Shown here: positions 1 through 11,991 of the stretch, in pieces
Position numbering within the stretch: position 1 is the stretch's first letter
Layout of the letters: every line of letters starts with the position of its first letter
Origin: the human T2T-CHM13v2.0 reference genome, Homo sapiens
Assembly (NCBI RefSeq): GCF_009914755.1
Contig: NC_060926.1
Direction: 5' to 3' (one strand)
Length of the DNA: 64,000 bases
The notes under the pieces: generated by a model
What the model saw: the letters and a program-made list of their open reading frames with translations, nothing else
Told to the model about the DNA's origin: nothing
The model's database searches: none
Translations under genes and position numbers: made by a program

Positions 1-444
1 ACAATTACCAATTTAGAGGGGAATTAAAATTACAACTAAAATTCGAGACAACAATTTGAGAGTGATTAATTGCAGTAAAAATTTAAGTTCTATTGAATTT
101 TTTAGACTAAGTGGGGATAAACTGGTCAAATGTAGACATTATTAAGACAATTGGGCATGTTAAAATTTTAAGGCCAACTACTAATATAATGAAAATTGAA
201 TAAGCTCCAAACAAGAAAACTGTGGAAAAAATGAAATAAATTAATCATTAACAATTCAATAGAAGGAAAGAGGTGGAAAAAACAGGCAAGAAAAACATAT
301 TGTATGAAGAAAGCCCAATACTGAAGAAGTAAGGCCAAGTATAACAAAAACCATAGCAAATTTTATTATATTCAAACCATTAATTGAAGGACAGAGTCTC
401 AAATTAAAAACAATAGAAGACCAATTGGAATTTGGCTATAAAAT

Positions 445-540
445 CAGTAAGAATAGACTAGGCCAAGCTGTGATAACAAATTATAATCTCAGTGGTTTCA
501 AGAAACCTATAGTTGATTTTCATTCCCATGCTCATGAATC
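445..540 (-). mobile_element. Old MaLR LTR fragment (MLT1K/L-like)
   Basis: 'agactaggccaagctgtgataacaaattataatctcagtggtttcaag' resembles the reverse-complemented 3' end of old MLT1 LTRs; short and diverged. Confidence 0.4.
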
Positions 541-729
541 CATGCTCATAAAAAAAGCACCCTCAATTAATAAATATTTTTTCTTATATAACTTGTTTTA
601 GATTATGGAGAAAATATAAAATTACAACTCATTTTATAATACTACAAACATTTTTGTATTAAAACTACACAATGACAGAATCAGAAAGCAAAATTATTGG
701 GTAATTAAACTTATAAGACCACATCCAAA

Positions 730-1640
730 AGCACTAATTAAATGAATCAAAGGAATCAAATCATGAAACATCTTTTATGATTGAGTATAGTCAGTAATAA
801 AGGATGTTTTAATTTTAGAAAATCTATTAATGTAATCTTCTGCTTTAATGATCATATAATTATCTCCACAGAGAAAAGCATTTTATAAAATTCAACTCTT
901 AATTTTGATTCAAAATTGATAGCAAACTAGTAATACTAGTGAGTTTCCCTAGATATATGACCAAAACTTCTAGTAAATAGTATACTGTGTTAAAATTTTA
1001 GATCTATTCCTTTTGAATCAGGAACAGAGAAAGCATGCTTATTGCCACTTCTATTAAACACTGTATTGACTACATTAAGTAACCAAGTTAAAAAAGATTG
1101 AGAAATTTAAAAAATGAAAACAGTAAGGGAAAATTGCAACTATTAGCAGATAATATGAAGGTGTACTTAGAAAATTCAAAAGAATCTCCAAACAAAATTT
1201 AGATCTAATGAGAGAATTCAGTGAGTTTCCTGGGAACAAGATACATATAAACACATGAAAACTTTTCTTATTCATCAGGAAATATATTGTTAACAGGTAA
1301 CTGTTCATTAGAATATCAAAAAACGTATAATTACCTAAGAGTAGATTAAACAAAGTAAGTTTTTGGAGAAAAATAATAATTTTTAAATTAAAAGACAAAC
1401 AAGATCTGGATAAACAAAATAAGTTTCTGGAGAAAAATACTATGTTCATGAATGGGAGGAGTCAGTATTGTAAATCTGGTCATTCTCCCTAAATGAATTT
1501 AAATTTAGTTAAATACCAATTGATCAGACACAGAAACTTTTTTGAAGAATTTGAAAAGTTGATTCTAAAATTAATGTGAAGAATAATGGGCAAGTAGAAA
1601 TCAAGATAAGTTTAAAGAATAATAATAAAAGGAAAACACA
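730..1640 (+). mobile_element. Ancient L1 (L1M-type) ORF2 remnant
   Basis: A-rich strand with degenerate ORF2 landmarks: 'gaatcaggaacagagaaagcatgcttattgccacttctatt', 'ttcatgaatgggaggagtcagtattgtaaa', 'gattctaaaattaatgtgaag'. Confidence 0.7.
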
Positions 1641-2557
1641 ATGGATATCATATTAAGCATCTGTATATAGATAATCAAAATATATGTGTATATTTTAAAT
1701 TAAATATAAATATGTCACATTTTAGATTTAATTAAATATGTTTGTTTACTCTTTAGTTTATTAGATATGTAGTTTATATATAAACAATAAATTTAATTGA
1801 ATTTTTTAGTATATATATTTCTATATATATATACTAAATATATATAGTTTATATATATAAACAGTAAATTTAATTGTTTTTTTAGTAACTAAATGGTTTA
1901 AAAATGGCACTGAGAAGCCATTGAATAATTAAGACTTGGCATTGGGAAAAAAAATACAAAAAGGCAAGTTAGCAACCACCCACCCCACAACCATAACCGT
2001 GAATATATGACAGCAATAGCATTACAGATCCATTGGAAACCAAGTGCTGTTTGCATTAGGCTGGATTCAATTAGGAACCAGAAAATACACGAAAATTGAA
2101 ACCTGGGAAATTTGATATACCTATTGTTTTGATAGAAGAATGACTATAAAAATGTAAAACGATCCCTACAGTGTACCCTGGAGCTGAGGAAGGGTATCCA
2201 AGGAAGGGCAAACTTGGAATGTGAGTTCTTCTCCCAAAAGGCTGGAGCTGAAAGGTGTGGCTGCAGCCTCCCCATGTCAAAGGAGCCTCTGGGTCACCTG
2301 GGCCAGAACAGGCCTGGCATATGCATTACCTCCATCTAAATGGTTCTGGAAAGATGGCCACTGGGCCCAAGCCAGGGCTCAGCAGTTGCTGAGAGCCTAA
2401 GCACTCTGGGTGACCCACATTACTGAACAACCACACAGCAGGAGCAAGAAGTGGCAGATGGAAACACACCAGAACCCAGAAGAGAAGTCCCCATCTTACT
2501 GGAATGTTCCTCAGACACCCTCTCCTGACAAAGCTTAACATAGTGCCCATTAGAAAG

Positions 2558-4240
2558 AAATTCAACACAATCCCCATCAAAATACTGCCATCATTCTTCA
2601 CAGAATTAGAAACAACAATTCTAAAATTCATATGGAACCAAAAAAGAGCCCGCATAGCCAAAGCAAGACTAAGCAAAAAGGACAAATTTGGAGGCTTCAG
2701 ACTACCTGATTTCAAACTATACTACAAAGCCATAGTCACCAAAACAGCATGGTACTGACTGGAATAGAAATAGGCATATAGACCAATGGAACAGAATAGA
2801 GAATCCAGAAATAAACCCAAATACTTACAGCCAACTGATCTTTAACAAAGCAAACAAAAACAGAAAGTGGGAAAAGGACATCCTTTTCAACAAACAGTCT
2901 TGGGATAATTGGCTAGCCACATCTAAGAGAATGAAACTGGATCCTCATCTCTCACGTTATATAAAAATCAACTCAAGAAGGATTAAGGACTTAAACCTAA
3001 GACCTGAAACTATAAAAATTCTAGAAGATAACATTGGAAAAACTCTTCTAGAAATTGGCTTTGGCAAAGATTTCATGACCAAGAACCCAAAAACAAATGC
3101 AATAAAAACAAAGATAAATGGCTGGGACCTAATTAAACTAAAGAGCTTTTGCAAAATGAACAGTCAGCAGAGTAAACAGACAATCCACAGCACAGAGTAG
3201 GAGAAAATCTTCACAATCTATGCATCTGACAAAGGACTAATATCCAGAATCTACAATGAACTCAAACAAATCAGTAAGAAAAAAAAATCCCATCAAAAAG
3301 TGGGCTAAGGACATGAATAGATAATTCTCAAAAGAAGATATACAAATGGCCAACAAACATATGAAGAAATGCTCAACTCACTAATTATCAGGTAAAAGCA
3401 AATCAAAACCACAATGCGATACCACCTTACTCCTACAAGAATGGCCATAATCAAAAAAATTAAAAAAAAACAGTAGATATTGGCATGGATGAGGTGAACA
3501 GGGAACACCACTACATTGCTGGTGGACATGTAAACTAGTATAGCCACTATGGGGAACAGTGTGGAGATTCCTTAAAGAACTAGAAGTAGAACTACCATTT
3601 GATCCAGCAATGCCACTACTGGGTATCTACCGAGAGGAAAAGAAGTCATTATTTAAAAAAGATACTTGCACACGCATGTTTATAGTGGCACAATTCACCA
3701 TAGCAAAATTGTGGAACCAACCCAAATGCCCATCAATCAATGAGTGGATAAAGAAACTGTGGTGTGTGTGTGTGTGTGTGTGTCTGTGTGTGTCTGTGTG
3801 TGTATACATATCGTGTGTGTGTGTATATATATGTGTGTATGTGTATACATATATGATGGAATACTATGCAGCCATAAAAAGGAATGAATTAACAGCATTT
3901 GCAGTTACCTGGATGAGATTGGAGATTATTATTCCAAGTGAAGAAACTCAGGAATGGAAAACCAAACATCATATGCTCTCACTGATATGATATGTGGGAG
4001 CTAAGCTATGAGGATGCAAAGGTATAAGAATGATACAATGGACTTTTGGGACTTGGGGGAAGAGTGGGAGGGGCCAAGGGATAAAAGACTACAATATGGT
4101 ACAGCCTATACTGCTAGGGTGATGGGTGCACCAAAATCTCACAAATCACCACTAAAGAATTACTCATGTAACTAAGTACTACCTATACCTCAATAACTTA
4201 TGGAAAAAATAAATAATAAATAAATTTTAAGAAAAAGAAA
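2558..4240 (+). mobile_element. 5'-truncated L1PB-type LINE-1 (ORF2 C-terminal part, 3' UTR, A-rich tail)
   Basis: ORF fragments '[34 protein letters not shown]', '[29 protein letters not shown]', 'WNQPKCPSINEWIKKLW'; 3' UTR 'gggtgatgggtgcaccaaaatctcacaaatcaccactaaaga' typical of L1PB. Confidence 0.93.
3763..3855. repeat. (TG)n/(TA)n compound microsatellite inside the L1PB
   Basis: Directly visible tgtgtg.../tatata run. Confidence 0.95.
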
Positions 4241-6322
4241 AAATGTTGAAGATTCTAGTGCATTATAACAGAGGAGATTTTCAAGTATGATTTATGGGCT
4301 GAGTGGCAACAAACTGATCACTGATAAATATTGAATTTTCACAATTTGAAATAAGTTACATATATGCATAATATTAAATATTTGAAAACTAAATTCAATA
4401 TTCAGAAATTGACTACTCAGGTAGAACAATAGGACATGATAAACCTTTTAATTAATTCTAGATGGTTTAAACACTTAAATTTTTGTGAAAAACTCTACAA
4501 TTTTAGAAGAAACTACAAACTTGTTATTAAATCTAGGGAAATATTTTCAAAGACCTATACATAACACAAAATTAAGATTTTTGATAAATTTGGATATATT
4601 TAGCTAAAACCAGCCAACCATTGTTTCAGAGTCGGTGTCCCCAGGGATTCAACTGCAATACCCACCTGCAAATTAGCAACATTATACACACACAAACCCA
4701 CAAATACTATTTGTGAATGAAAACCCTGTAGCAACACAAAGCCTGTTAGGAAAAAATTCTAATGCTTACTTTGAAAAAAATCTGTAAGTTAATAAAAGGA
4801 CCCATTTAGTATACAAAGCATGGAAAGAAGGCTAAGCTATGGCTGGATAATTGTGAATGGCTACTATATACGTTAATATTGTTCCTAACCTAATGTTTGC
4901 GTACTTACATATACTCATTAATAGATTTTGGCAAGATAAAAGGGAAATTAAAAACACTATTGGCCTAGGGAATAGAAGAATAAATGTAAGCACATTAAAC
5001 AAGACTGCTTTGCCATATTAGTTAAGAATCTGATAGTTAAATTAACTACTTTTTATTGAGAACTTTAATTGGTTAATTAATTTTGAATAGTATAGAAGGC
5101 ATGTTTATTGTTTTTTGTTTGTTTATCCCTAAGTTCCTTATGAGAGAATATTAAAGGACTATACCTAGAAATTATTTCAAAACATTTAATTCATCCTCCT
5201 GTTCAAATGTAACTAAATCATCTTTTCAGATGAGAAAAAAAAAGGTCTATAAAGGACTTCAATGCCATTGGCTTTCATATGACATCTAGTTCCACCTTTT
5301 CCAAGATGCATCAGGAAAAGGTGATGCAAATATAAATTGATAGAATCAATGGCTTAATTTCTCTTTATGGAAATCTTCCTTGAATTTTGGAAGGTAATTA
5401 AGAATAATCTGAAAGGTTTTTTATTTTTGCTTTCATCTGGGTACGCTGTGGGTACTAGGACTGGCTGGTGGTAGGAGCATTCTATAGAGGTTTAGAGTTG
5501 TAATAGTCATAGAACAGCCTAGGAGTGGGGTCTTGTGCCTCTGTTCAGAATGCACAGGAGCCTGGAGTCCTTCCTAATCAAATCCACATTCCATCTCTCT
5601 GACTGATTGGAGATGCATGTTGAACATCACAAAGGCAAAAGGCGAATGAGTAAATAAGTGGCCTTTGCTGATTAGAATTAGTGTGCTTCATTGTTACGGT
5701 TCTTGATTATAGGTCAGTGGTAGAAAAAACACAAGTATCTTTATCTCTTACTGCAGCCAGCTTGATGGCACAGCGGGGAGTGAGGAAGACTCGGTGGACA
5801 AATCTGACTGGAAAACAAGTAGGCGTTGCAGATGGTGAGTTCAGCACTGCCTCTGCTGTAGTGAGCTACGCCCAACCTAGAAATGCATCTTGCTGGCAAT
5901 GTCTCTCCAAGAGCCTCCCCTTTTGCTGTCAGGAGCACAAGGGGCATGCAGAGAAGTTGAGAGCTGAGCATTGCATGCTACTGAGCAGCTGCACTCAGTG
6001 GTGCAGAGGAGGGACAGGAGGCACCCATAAGGGAGGAAATGAATAGGGCTGTTTTACTTGCTAAAAAGACTCACCTTTTGTCTCCTCCTGAGCTGACATC
6101 CTTTTCTTGCTACTCCACCATTATATTCTCTTTAAACAGTCATTTTTATTACAGTTAATATTAGAGTTGTACTTGCATTTATGAGGTCTAAAGAGCTCTT
6201 GGGAAATAAAACAGGACTATCCAGTCTGGAAGAACTTCATATTATCCACTCATTTCTTCTATTCTTACTTGTATTCCCATTACACATGTGATTCCAACTC
6301 ATAGCTTAAATCAGTTAAGAAT

Positions 6323-6680
6323 CTGTAATGGTTAATTTTATGTGTTAGTTTGGCTGGAGACATTTCTCAGATATTTGGTCAAACATTCTTCTAGATGTTT
6401 GTGTGAGGGTGTTTTTTTGGATGAGATTAACATTTAACTCTGTGGCCTTTGGAGCAGACTGCCCTCCATAAAGTAAATGGGCCTCTTCCAATCAGTTGGA
6501 GGCCTTATGAGAATGCAGACTTCCCTGTCAGCAGACTACTTTTAAACTCAAAAGTCAACTGCTCCCTGGATCTCCAGGCTGCCAGTCTACTCTGAAGATT
6601 TGGAATTTACCAGACCTCCAGGCACTGAGACAATTCCTTAAGACAAATCTCTCTCTCTGTCACACATACACCCACACAGA
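6323..6680 (+). mobile_element. MLT2-family (ERVL) LTR, MLT2B-like, 3' end missing
   Basis: Starts 'tgtaatggttaattttatgtg'; 'cagatatttggtcaaacatt', 'ggatgagattaacattt', 'ccaatcagttgga'. Confidence 0.85.
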
Positions 6681-7556
6681 ATACAAAGTCAGGCTCTTTG
6701 ATTCATTACCTTGAAATCAAATGTTTTCTATCACCAACATCCTCTTGTATAGGATATATACGTGCATATGGTTCTACATAGAAATCCTGATTCTGTGGCC
6801 CAGCATTCCTGCATGATGCCAGTAGATAGTAGCTGAACAGGTACAAAGATGAGCATCAGTTGTTATCTTTAAAATAATTATGTTGGTGACTTTTAAAAGT
6901 CTTTTTCTTTCAGTTAAAAATGTAGTTCAAAAGGGATCTAGTAAAACATCTCTCTGCATTAAACTCAGCTTCGTTTACTTATTTAAGCTCCTAATCCTTT
7001 CAAGTTTTTAAAAATTATCTGGTTATATTTAATATTGAGGAACTTTTTTATTAACACCAATATCTGTAAATTTCTCTAAGTCAACATTTCCTCTGCATTT
7101 GGGCAGTTTCTATTTATCAATGTGATGGGTGGTCCATTTTCAAATCAGCTCGTTTCTCCACAGTTGTCACAGTATCATAAAATTAATGTCATATATTATA
7201 TTCTAAAGTAACCTGGCTGATTAATTCAAGGTGATTCCAGGCTCCCAAAATAATTAATCAACACAGGGATTTATGCCCATGTCCTTCTACATGAATTGAT
7301 GGCTGCGCAATAAAGTAGTTCTAGTAATAATCATTACTAAGAAATTATGTACAATGATAAGTAACAAAATCTCATATTTCCCCAATTTTCAGTTCCAAGA
7401 AATCTTTGACTTCTTTTATTTTATTTAAATGCCAGCCTGTAGTAATATAAGTGGTAGTCGTGAGAATTACTGCTAATTCTCAAGACTATTCTGCTCAAAA
7501 AAAATCTCCACTGCCCCAACCAAAGAAATAAGAATCCTGCTCTCAGCCTTGGGCAT

Positions 7557-8060
7557 TGTGATGGTAATTTTATGTATCAACATGCCTCAGTTCTATGCTG
7601 CTCAGTTATTTGGTTAAACACTAGTCTAGATATTGCAGTGAAGGTATTTGTGGATGTAAGTTAACATTTACAGTCAGTTAACTTTAAGTAAGGCAAATTA
7701 TCCTCCATAATTTGGGTGGGCCTCATCCAATCAGTTGAAGGACATAAGAGAAAAGACTGAGGTTTCTCAAAGAAGGATTTCTGCCACAAGACTGCAACAT
7801 GGGAATCCTACCTGAATTTCAAGTCTGCTGGCCTGCCCTGCTGATTTTGGATTCAAGATTGCAACCTCACTCTTACTTGAATTTTCAGCCTGCTAGCCTG
7901 GCCAAAGAATTTCAGATTTGTCAGCCTCCACAACTCCTTAGAATAAGCCAATTCCTTAAAATAAGTCTCTCTCTAAATCTCATATATATATATCTGTGTA
8001 TGTATGTGTGTGTATATATGTATCCCTAATATATATCACCTATTGATTCTTTTTCTCTGG
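7557..8060 (+). mobile_element. MLT2-family (ERVL) LTR, MLT2D-like
   Basis: Starts 'tgtgatggtaattttatgtatcaac'; 'aaacactagtctagatattgcagtgaaggtattt', 'gggtgggcctcatccaatcagttgaagg'; stops at 'ttttctctgg'. Confidence 0.85.
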
Positions 8061-8577
8061 TATGTACAATATAATGTACATTATAAAATCTAATATCCAA
8101 CCTTTACATTAGCTTTTAATTTGGAAGACCCATGTAAGCATTTATTTTCTTTTTCATGTTTTGGCCAATAGCTTTGGAGTGTATACTCTTTTTACTTACT
8201 CTCGTAACTGGCACAGGGCTGAAATATATTAAATATTTTTTGGTCTATTCTTTCAGCAATTAGTGACCTATTATTAGGAGATCCCACTATTTTTATTGAT
8301 TTATTCCAAAAGAAGAGTGGTTCCAACTTATAGTTAGTTTAAACTGCCCTTTGAAGGTATCTGAAGGGCAATCACGAGGACTCATGATTATTCTGTAAGA
8401 AAAACAAGGTCTAAACATTAAAGATCCAGGAAGCATCTGTGTTTCAGACGTAGACTGTAAAAGAGCCTCATGCAAAACTGACAGTAATGAGTTTGAAGAT
8501 AATTTCCTCACAACTCAACCTAAAATGTCTTTCCATCTATATTTATCTATTTCAAATAATTAAGACCTGAATTAATT

Positions 8578-8943
8578 ATTGTCTTAGCTTGAGATGTTAT
8601 AACAAAGCACCATAGACTGGGTAGCTAATAAAAAACAGAAATTTATTGTTCACGGTTCTAGAGGCTGAAAGTGCAAGACCAGAGCACCAGCATGGATGGG
8701 TTGCAGTGAGGGCTCTCTTTTGAGCTGCAGGTGGCTGTCTTCTCATTTATCTTCACATGGTGAGAAAAGGATGAGAGAGTTCTCTGTGAACCCCTTTATA
8801 AGGATGCTGAACCCATTCATAAGGGCTCTCCCCTCAGGACCTAATTACCTCTCAAAAACCCCACCTCTTAACACCATTATATTGAGGGTTAGGATTTCAA
8901 CATATTAATTTGGGGGGCTACAAAAACATTCCATCCCCAACAG
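8578..8943 (-). mobile_element. MLT1A-like MaLR LTR
   Basis: 'tgtcttag...ataacaaagcaccatagactgggtagct...aaatttattgttcacggttctagaggctg' and 'gggttaggatttcaacatattaatttgggggg'. Confidence 0.85.
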
Positions 8944-8982
8944 ATGTTAAATTGAAACATTTTTAATTCTCACTCTATGTTC

Positions 8983-9630
8983 TGTGCTAGGCGACAGAAT
9001 TCCCTCCCTAAAGACATTTACCTCCTAATCCCCAGAATGTATGAGTCGTTATTACTTTACATGGCAAAGAATTACTTTACAGATGTGGTTAAGAATGCTG
9101 AGATGAGTATCCTGGATTATATAGGCAGGCTCAGTGTAATCATACAGGTCCTTACAGGTGAAAGAGGGATGCAAGAGAGTTAGAGGCAAAGAAGATGTGC
9201 AGAAGTTGAGTGACATGGCTGTGAGCCAAGGATGGTCAGAAGCCTTTAGAACAGGGGTGTCCAATTTTTTGGCTTCCCTGGACCATATTAGAAGGATTGT
9301 CTGGGCCCGCACATAAAATATATTAACACTAATGATAGCTGAAGAGCTTTAAAAAAAATCGCAAAAAAAAAATCTCACAATGTTTTAAGTTTACACATTT
9401 GTGTTGGGCCGCATTAAAAGCCATCCTGCACCACGTGTGCCCTGCGGGTTGGACAAGCTTGCTCTAGAAGCTGGAAAAGGCAAGGACACAATCTCCCTAG
9501 ACTTTCCAGAGGGAACATAGCTCTGCTGATATTTTTAGTCCTATAAGACTCCTAACTTGTAGAGCTCTTAAGATAATATGTTTGAAACCATTAAGTTTGT
9601 AGTCATTTGTTAAGTAGTAGGAAACTGATG
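8983..9630 (+). mobile_element. MLT1D-like MaLR LTR interrupted by MER30
   Basis: 'cctaatccccagaatgtatgag...tacatggcaaag...cagatgtggttaag', resumes 'ctctagaagctggaaaaggcaagg'. Confidence 0.85.
9252..9461. mobile_element. MER30 (hAT-Charlie MITE)
   Basis: Ends 'caggggtgtccaa' ... 'ttggacaagcttg'; 8-bp TSD ctttagaa (9244-9251) / ctctagaa (9462-9469). Confidence 0.9.
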
Positions 9631-9711
9631 TCCCTTCTTTTCCTAAACAGGCCAGAGATTCTATATCTGTCCAAAGCCTCTCACAAAGGGTGTCTACAAC
9701 TCCAAATTTCT

Positions 9712-10030
9712 TCTTCTCCTTTTTTTTTTTTTTTTTTTTTTTTTTTTGAGGTGGAGTCTCACTCTTGTTGCACAGGCTAGAGTACAATGGCATGATCTTG
9801 GCTCATTAAAACCTCTGTCTCCCAGGTTTAAGTGATTCTCCTGCCTCAGCCTCCTGAGTAGCTGGGATTACAGGTGCCCACCACCATGCTTGGCTAATTT
9901 TTGTATTTTTAGTGGAGACGGGGTTTCATCATGTTGGCCAGGCTGGTGTCGAACTCCTGACCTCAGGTGATCCACCTGCCTCGGCCTCCCAAAGTGCTTG
10001 GATTACAGGTGTGAGCCACGGCGCCCAACC
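9712..10030 (-). mobile_element. AluS (Sq/Sp-like)
   Basis: Full dimer, long poly(T); 17-bp TSD tacaactccaaa(t/a)ttct at 9695-9711 and 10031-10047. Confidence 0.97.
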
Positions 10031-10710
10031 TACAACTCCAAAATTCTGTAGTTATTTCTGGTTAATTTTATAAAAGATAACCTTACTGTACTTTAGCTGT
10101 TTTGCTGTAAGTTCCCATAGTAGTAATTTTGCAATGGAAGAACTAGTCCCCAACGTATTCACCACTTATTTGTTCGCTTATCTTTTCACAGTGGCATTTG
10201 AGAATGTAAATTATGTTTGTCTTTTTCACAGCTGTATCCTTAGCACAAGTTCAGTGCCTGACATACAGTAGGTATGCCCTATTCCAGCATTTTTTTTAAG
10301 TATTAAATCTCCTTGCTTCACTCTTAAGAACACAAACAAGAGAGATGGAACATAGATTTCCTTTTCAAGTTCATAATGACCCAAGAAAAGAAGGTCTAAG
10401 TAACAATCCTGTCACTGTTCCCAAGGGCCTTCTCTTATGTCAATAATTTTTGTTAACCTAACTCAGCAGTTATCCCTCTCATGCTATGAAACTGTCTCCT
10501 CATTGGTAAAATGAGGGCAAATGAGACAAGAGCAAAATTCTAGACTTCCTGAAAATTGGGCTATGAGATAAGGGAAGGAGTTTGTGAAAGTTTTCATTTA
10601 ATTTAAAGAAACAAGAGAACATGGTAAGAATTGTACCTGGATGGTTATGCAGCAACAATACTTTTTCAACATGAAACTTAACACACTTTCCAGAAAACTG
10701 CAAGTACTAT

Positions 10711-10762
10711 ACAGGTGACCCTTGAACAACACAGGTTTGAACTGTATGGGTCCACTTACTGA
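10711..10762. mobile_element. Terminal fragment of a Tigger2/MER28-like DNA transposon
   Basis: 'ta|caggtgacccttgaacaacacaggtttgaactgtatgggtccactta' matches the recalled Tigger2 terminus after a TA. Confidence 0.7.
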
Positions 10763-11991
10763 CATTTCATCTTCCTCAGTAGTCTGCAAGGTAGACAGAA
10801 CTTGGAGCTATTCATCTATAGGTGCCTCAATTTGATTATCTAGATGAGGGTATAACAGCTACAAATTTCCTCTCATATACATTTCCACAGCCCTTATCAG
10901 CTAGTCATAGGACTGAGCCCAAATGGAAATCACATTCCAGGAATAGCCCCATATGGCTTATGTGCCAGATAGGCTTGAAATCATCAAGCCATACAAACAG
11001 GCAATACTGGCTCACACTAACATTTCCACAGTGTTACTTTTTCTAACTCTTCGTGGCATCAATGGTGTTATACGTGGGTATATTGATATAAACAAATTGT
11101 ACACATAACATATTGAACTCTTAGTAGTATAGATGATATGACTTATAGAAAATGCTTCAGAACTTCCAGCTTATAGAACCTATATAAAAGCCCATTTTCT
11201 CCTTCATTGACACTTAATGCAGACAAAAAGAAGTTAACTGCTTCCCCACTTCTCCAAAATTGTTATGAAGGACATTGAGATACCATGTGTTTATTATTAT
11301 GAATATATTTAGGTTTAAAAAATTCATGGAGCATCATGGGATTTTCAGCTTTAATCATGAGACTGGCTTTTGCCAGGACCTTACTGAAGAACCCAACAAA
11401 ACTGCCCAAGCTGATGAAAAACAACTTCTCTGGCAACAAAGCTCTTAATCTTCCAAACCACAAGTTCATAACCAGAAAAATCACAACTTGATTCTATCAT
11501 AACCAGAAAAATATTTACCCTCAAATTGCTTCAATACTCCGAATTCATCAACAAAGTGTCATGTCAAACGTCTAGTTTTGCTTCCTTTATTAAAGGTTTT
11601 CCTGATGTATGAAAAGTCATTTCAATTAAAATGGAAATGAATACCTAATATATATATATTAATTACTCTCTAAAGTCTCACTGCTTCTCCATATAAACTT
11701 TAAATTTTTTTTCATAAATTCATCATAAATTTTAAGTAATGGTTATAGAAAATGAGATATTCAACATGATGGGGAAGTAGCACTCTCCTCTATCTTTAAC
11801 CCTATCAGTTTGAAATTATCAGAAATATTTATATTTATTATAGCTCTTTCTCTAAACTTAGCTTTTATTTTGCAGCAAATAAAGGCACAGTATCATTTTC
11901 CTCATACCTAATGTATATCTAGTCTATTCAGCCATAGTCTTTTATTTCATTCTTGCAATGACCGTTTCATTGGAACACCTGAGAAGAAAAG

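Larger units (their letters stand above)
2050..4330. mobile_element. Ancient LTR-like element (MamGypLTR/ERVL-like), split by the L1PB at ~2558-4240
   Basis: Left part ends 'gacaaagcttaacatagtgcc'; right of the L1 it resumes 'aaaaaatgttgaag...gggctgagtggcaacaaactgatcactg', matching my recollection of an old LTR consensus; family uncertain. Confidence 0.45.

Noticed and set aside
6323-8060. Two same-orientation MLT2 LTRs as a proviral pair
   Set aside because: They look like different subfamilies, differ substantially, and no ERVL internal sequence is recognisable between them
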